From positions 1-24,110 of IMG/VR virus record IMGVR_UViG_3300025114_000048: 24,110 nucleotides of DNA, one strand, 5' to 3'. This document shows positions 23,461 to 24,110 of this stretch, piece after piece (position 1 is the first letter of the stretch; each line of letters opens with the position of its first letter). Under the pieces are notes generated by a model. The model did not search any database. It was not told the DNA's origin and saw only the letters and a list, made by a program, of their open reading frames with translations. The stretch is from a virus. Its lineage: Duplodnaviria > Caudoviricetes. A program made the translations under genes and the position numbers.

Positions 23461-23789
23461 AAGTTTGGGTTATGCAGGGCATCCACGAAGGCGACATGTT
23501 CGCTTCTACGCACATGACTGAAAAGGGTGCTGCTCTCGCAGCCATCGCTGATGTGCTGGAGTTTTTGGGCGTTGAGGATAAGGAAACTGCGATTTCTGTT
23601 ATGAATAATCGCTGGAACTGTGACGAGATTGACGGCGAGCAAGAGGAACCATGGGAATGGCATCTGAAAAAGATGCGAGATATGAAGAAAGAACAACTGT
23701 GGGAAATCTTTAAGCAGTGGAGCGAACTCACGTGGGACAACACCTGTGGTTATCAGGTCGAAGTTAACAAGACGGAGATCACAGGATGA
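23457..23789 (+). CDS. hypothetical protein, paralogue A
   Basis: GTG start; VWVM...THMTEKGA motif shared with the next ORF. Confidence 0.75.
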   Translation: MKVWVMQGIHEGDMFASTHMTEKGAALAAIADVLEFLGVEDKETAISVMNNRWNCDEIDGEQEEPWEWHLKKMRDMKKEQLWEIFKQWSELTWDNTCGYQVEVNKTEITG

Positions 23790-24094
23790 ACATTTGGGTT
23801 GTAAGAGAGACGTTTATGTACGATAGTGATACATACCTTACCACGCACCTTACCGAAAAGGGCGCACTGTTACGGGCGATTGACTGTGTGCGTGCGCACG
23901 TGCGGAATAGCTGCGACGACGACGAGATTAAAGAATACATTGAGGACGGCACCATACCGGGCGATCCCGACGAGGATCTGATGTGCTATTCCAGCGAACA
24001 ACTCCAGAAGATTGTCCACGCTTGGTGGGATTATTCAGACGTGATGAATGATACAATGCAGTATGAAATTCATCAGACAGTGGTGACAGCATGA
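23786..24094 (+). CDS. hypothetical protein, paralogue B
   Basis: ATGA overlap; IWVV...THLTEKGA. Confidence 0.75.
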   Translation: MNIWVVRETFMYDSDTYLTTHLTEKGALLRAIDCVRAHVRNSCDDDEIKEYIEDGTIPGDPDEDLMCYSSEQLQKIVHAWWDYSDVMNDTMQYEIHQTVVTA

Positions 24095-24110
24095 AACTTG
24101 TTAGGGATTA
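24091..24110 (+). CDS. 5' end of a truncated ORF (MKLVRD...), possibly a MazG-like NTP pyrophosphohydrolase
   Basis: ATGA overlap; KLVRD is a typical N-terminal motif of that family, but only six codons are visible. Confidence 0.4.

Noticed and set aside
593-23743. Other minus-strand and out-of-frame ORFs in the track (e.g. 2815-3285, 9038-9580, 13048-13599, 15187-15936)
   Set aside because: They overlap well-supported + strand genes or tRNAs and lack recognisable motifs; the window appears to be coded on one strand.
1-24110. Stop-codon reassignment
   Set aside because: TAG, TAA and TGA all end recognisable full-length genes, and no suppressor tRNA is present.
1-24110. CRISPR array, intron, intein, transposase or integrase
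   Set aside because: No regularly spaced repeats, interrupted conserved genes or corresponding motifs seen; the 7441 repeats are contiguous and coding.

Overview
This window looks like part of a large (probably jumbo) tailed dsDNA bacteriophage genome, read in standard code 11. About 45 tightly packed, often stop/start-overlapping genes all lie on the + strand. The left part carries replication and nucleotide genes: DnaE-type DNA polymerase III alpha, a GapR/DsbA-like protein, dUTPase, a T1-type Dam methylase, thioredoxin and an IMPDH/GMP-reductase-family enzyme. The middle carries a stand-alone sigma region-4 protein, ClpP, GroEL without an adjacent GroES, a degenerate D12-type Dam homologue, a cupin, a 1157-aa multidomain protein with a PcfJ-like domain, a trypsin-like protease and a Pol-beta-type nucleotidyltransferase. 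The right part carries glutaredoxin, a zinc deaminase, many small ORFs and a tRNA cluster (Lys-UUU, Arg-UCU, Asn-GUU). Two promoter classes are visible: sigma70-type TTGAC-N17-TATATT and a putative late motif ACTATTTA in front of acidic, probably virion-packaged proteins. The most unusual element is an 80-nt CCA-ending tRNA-like RNA (21715-21794) with a UAU anticodon loop, no D-arm at the normal position, and a D-loop-like segment placed 3' of the anticodon arm. All protein calls are by motif recognition by eye; no searches were run.
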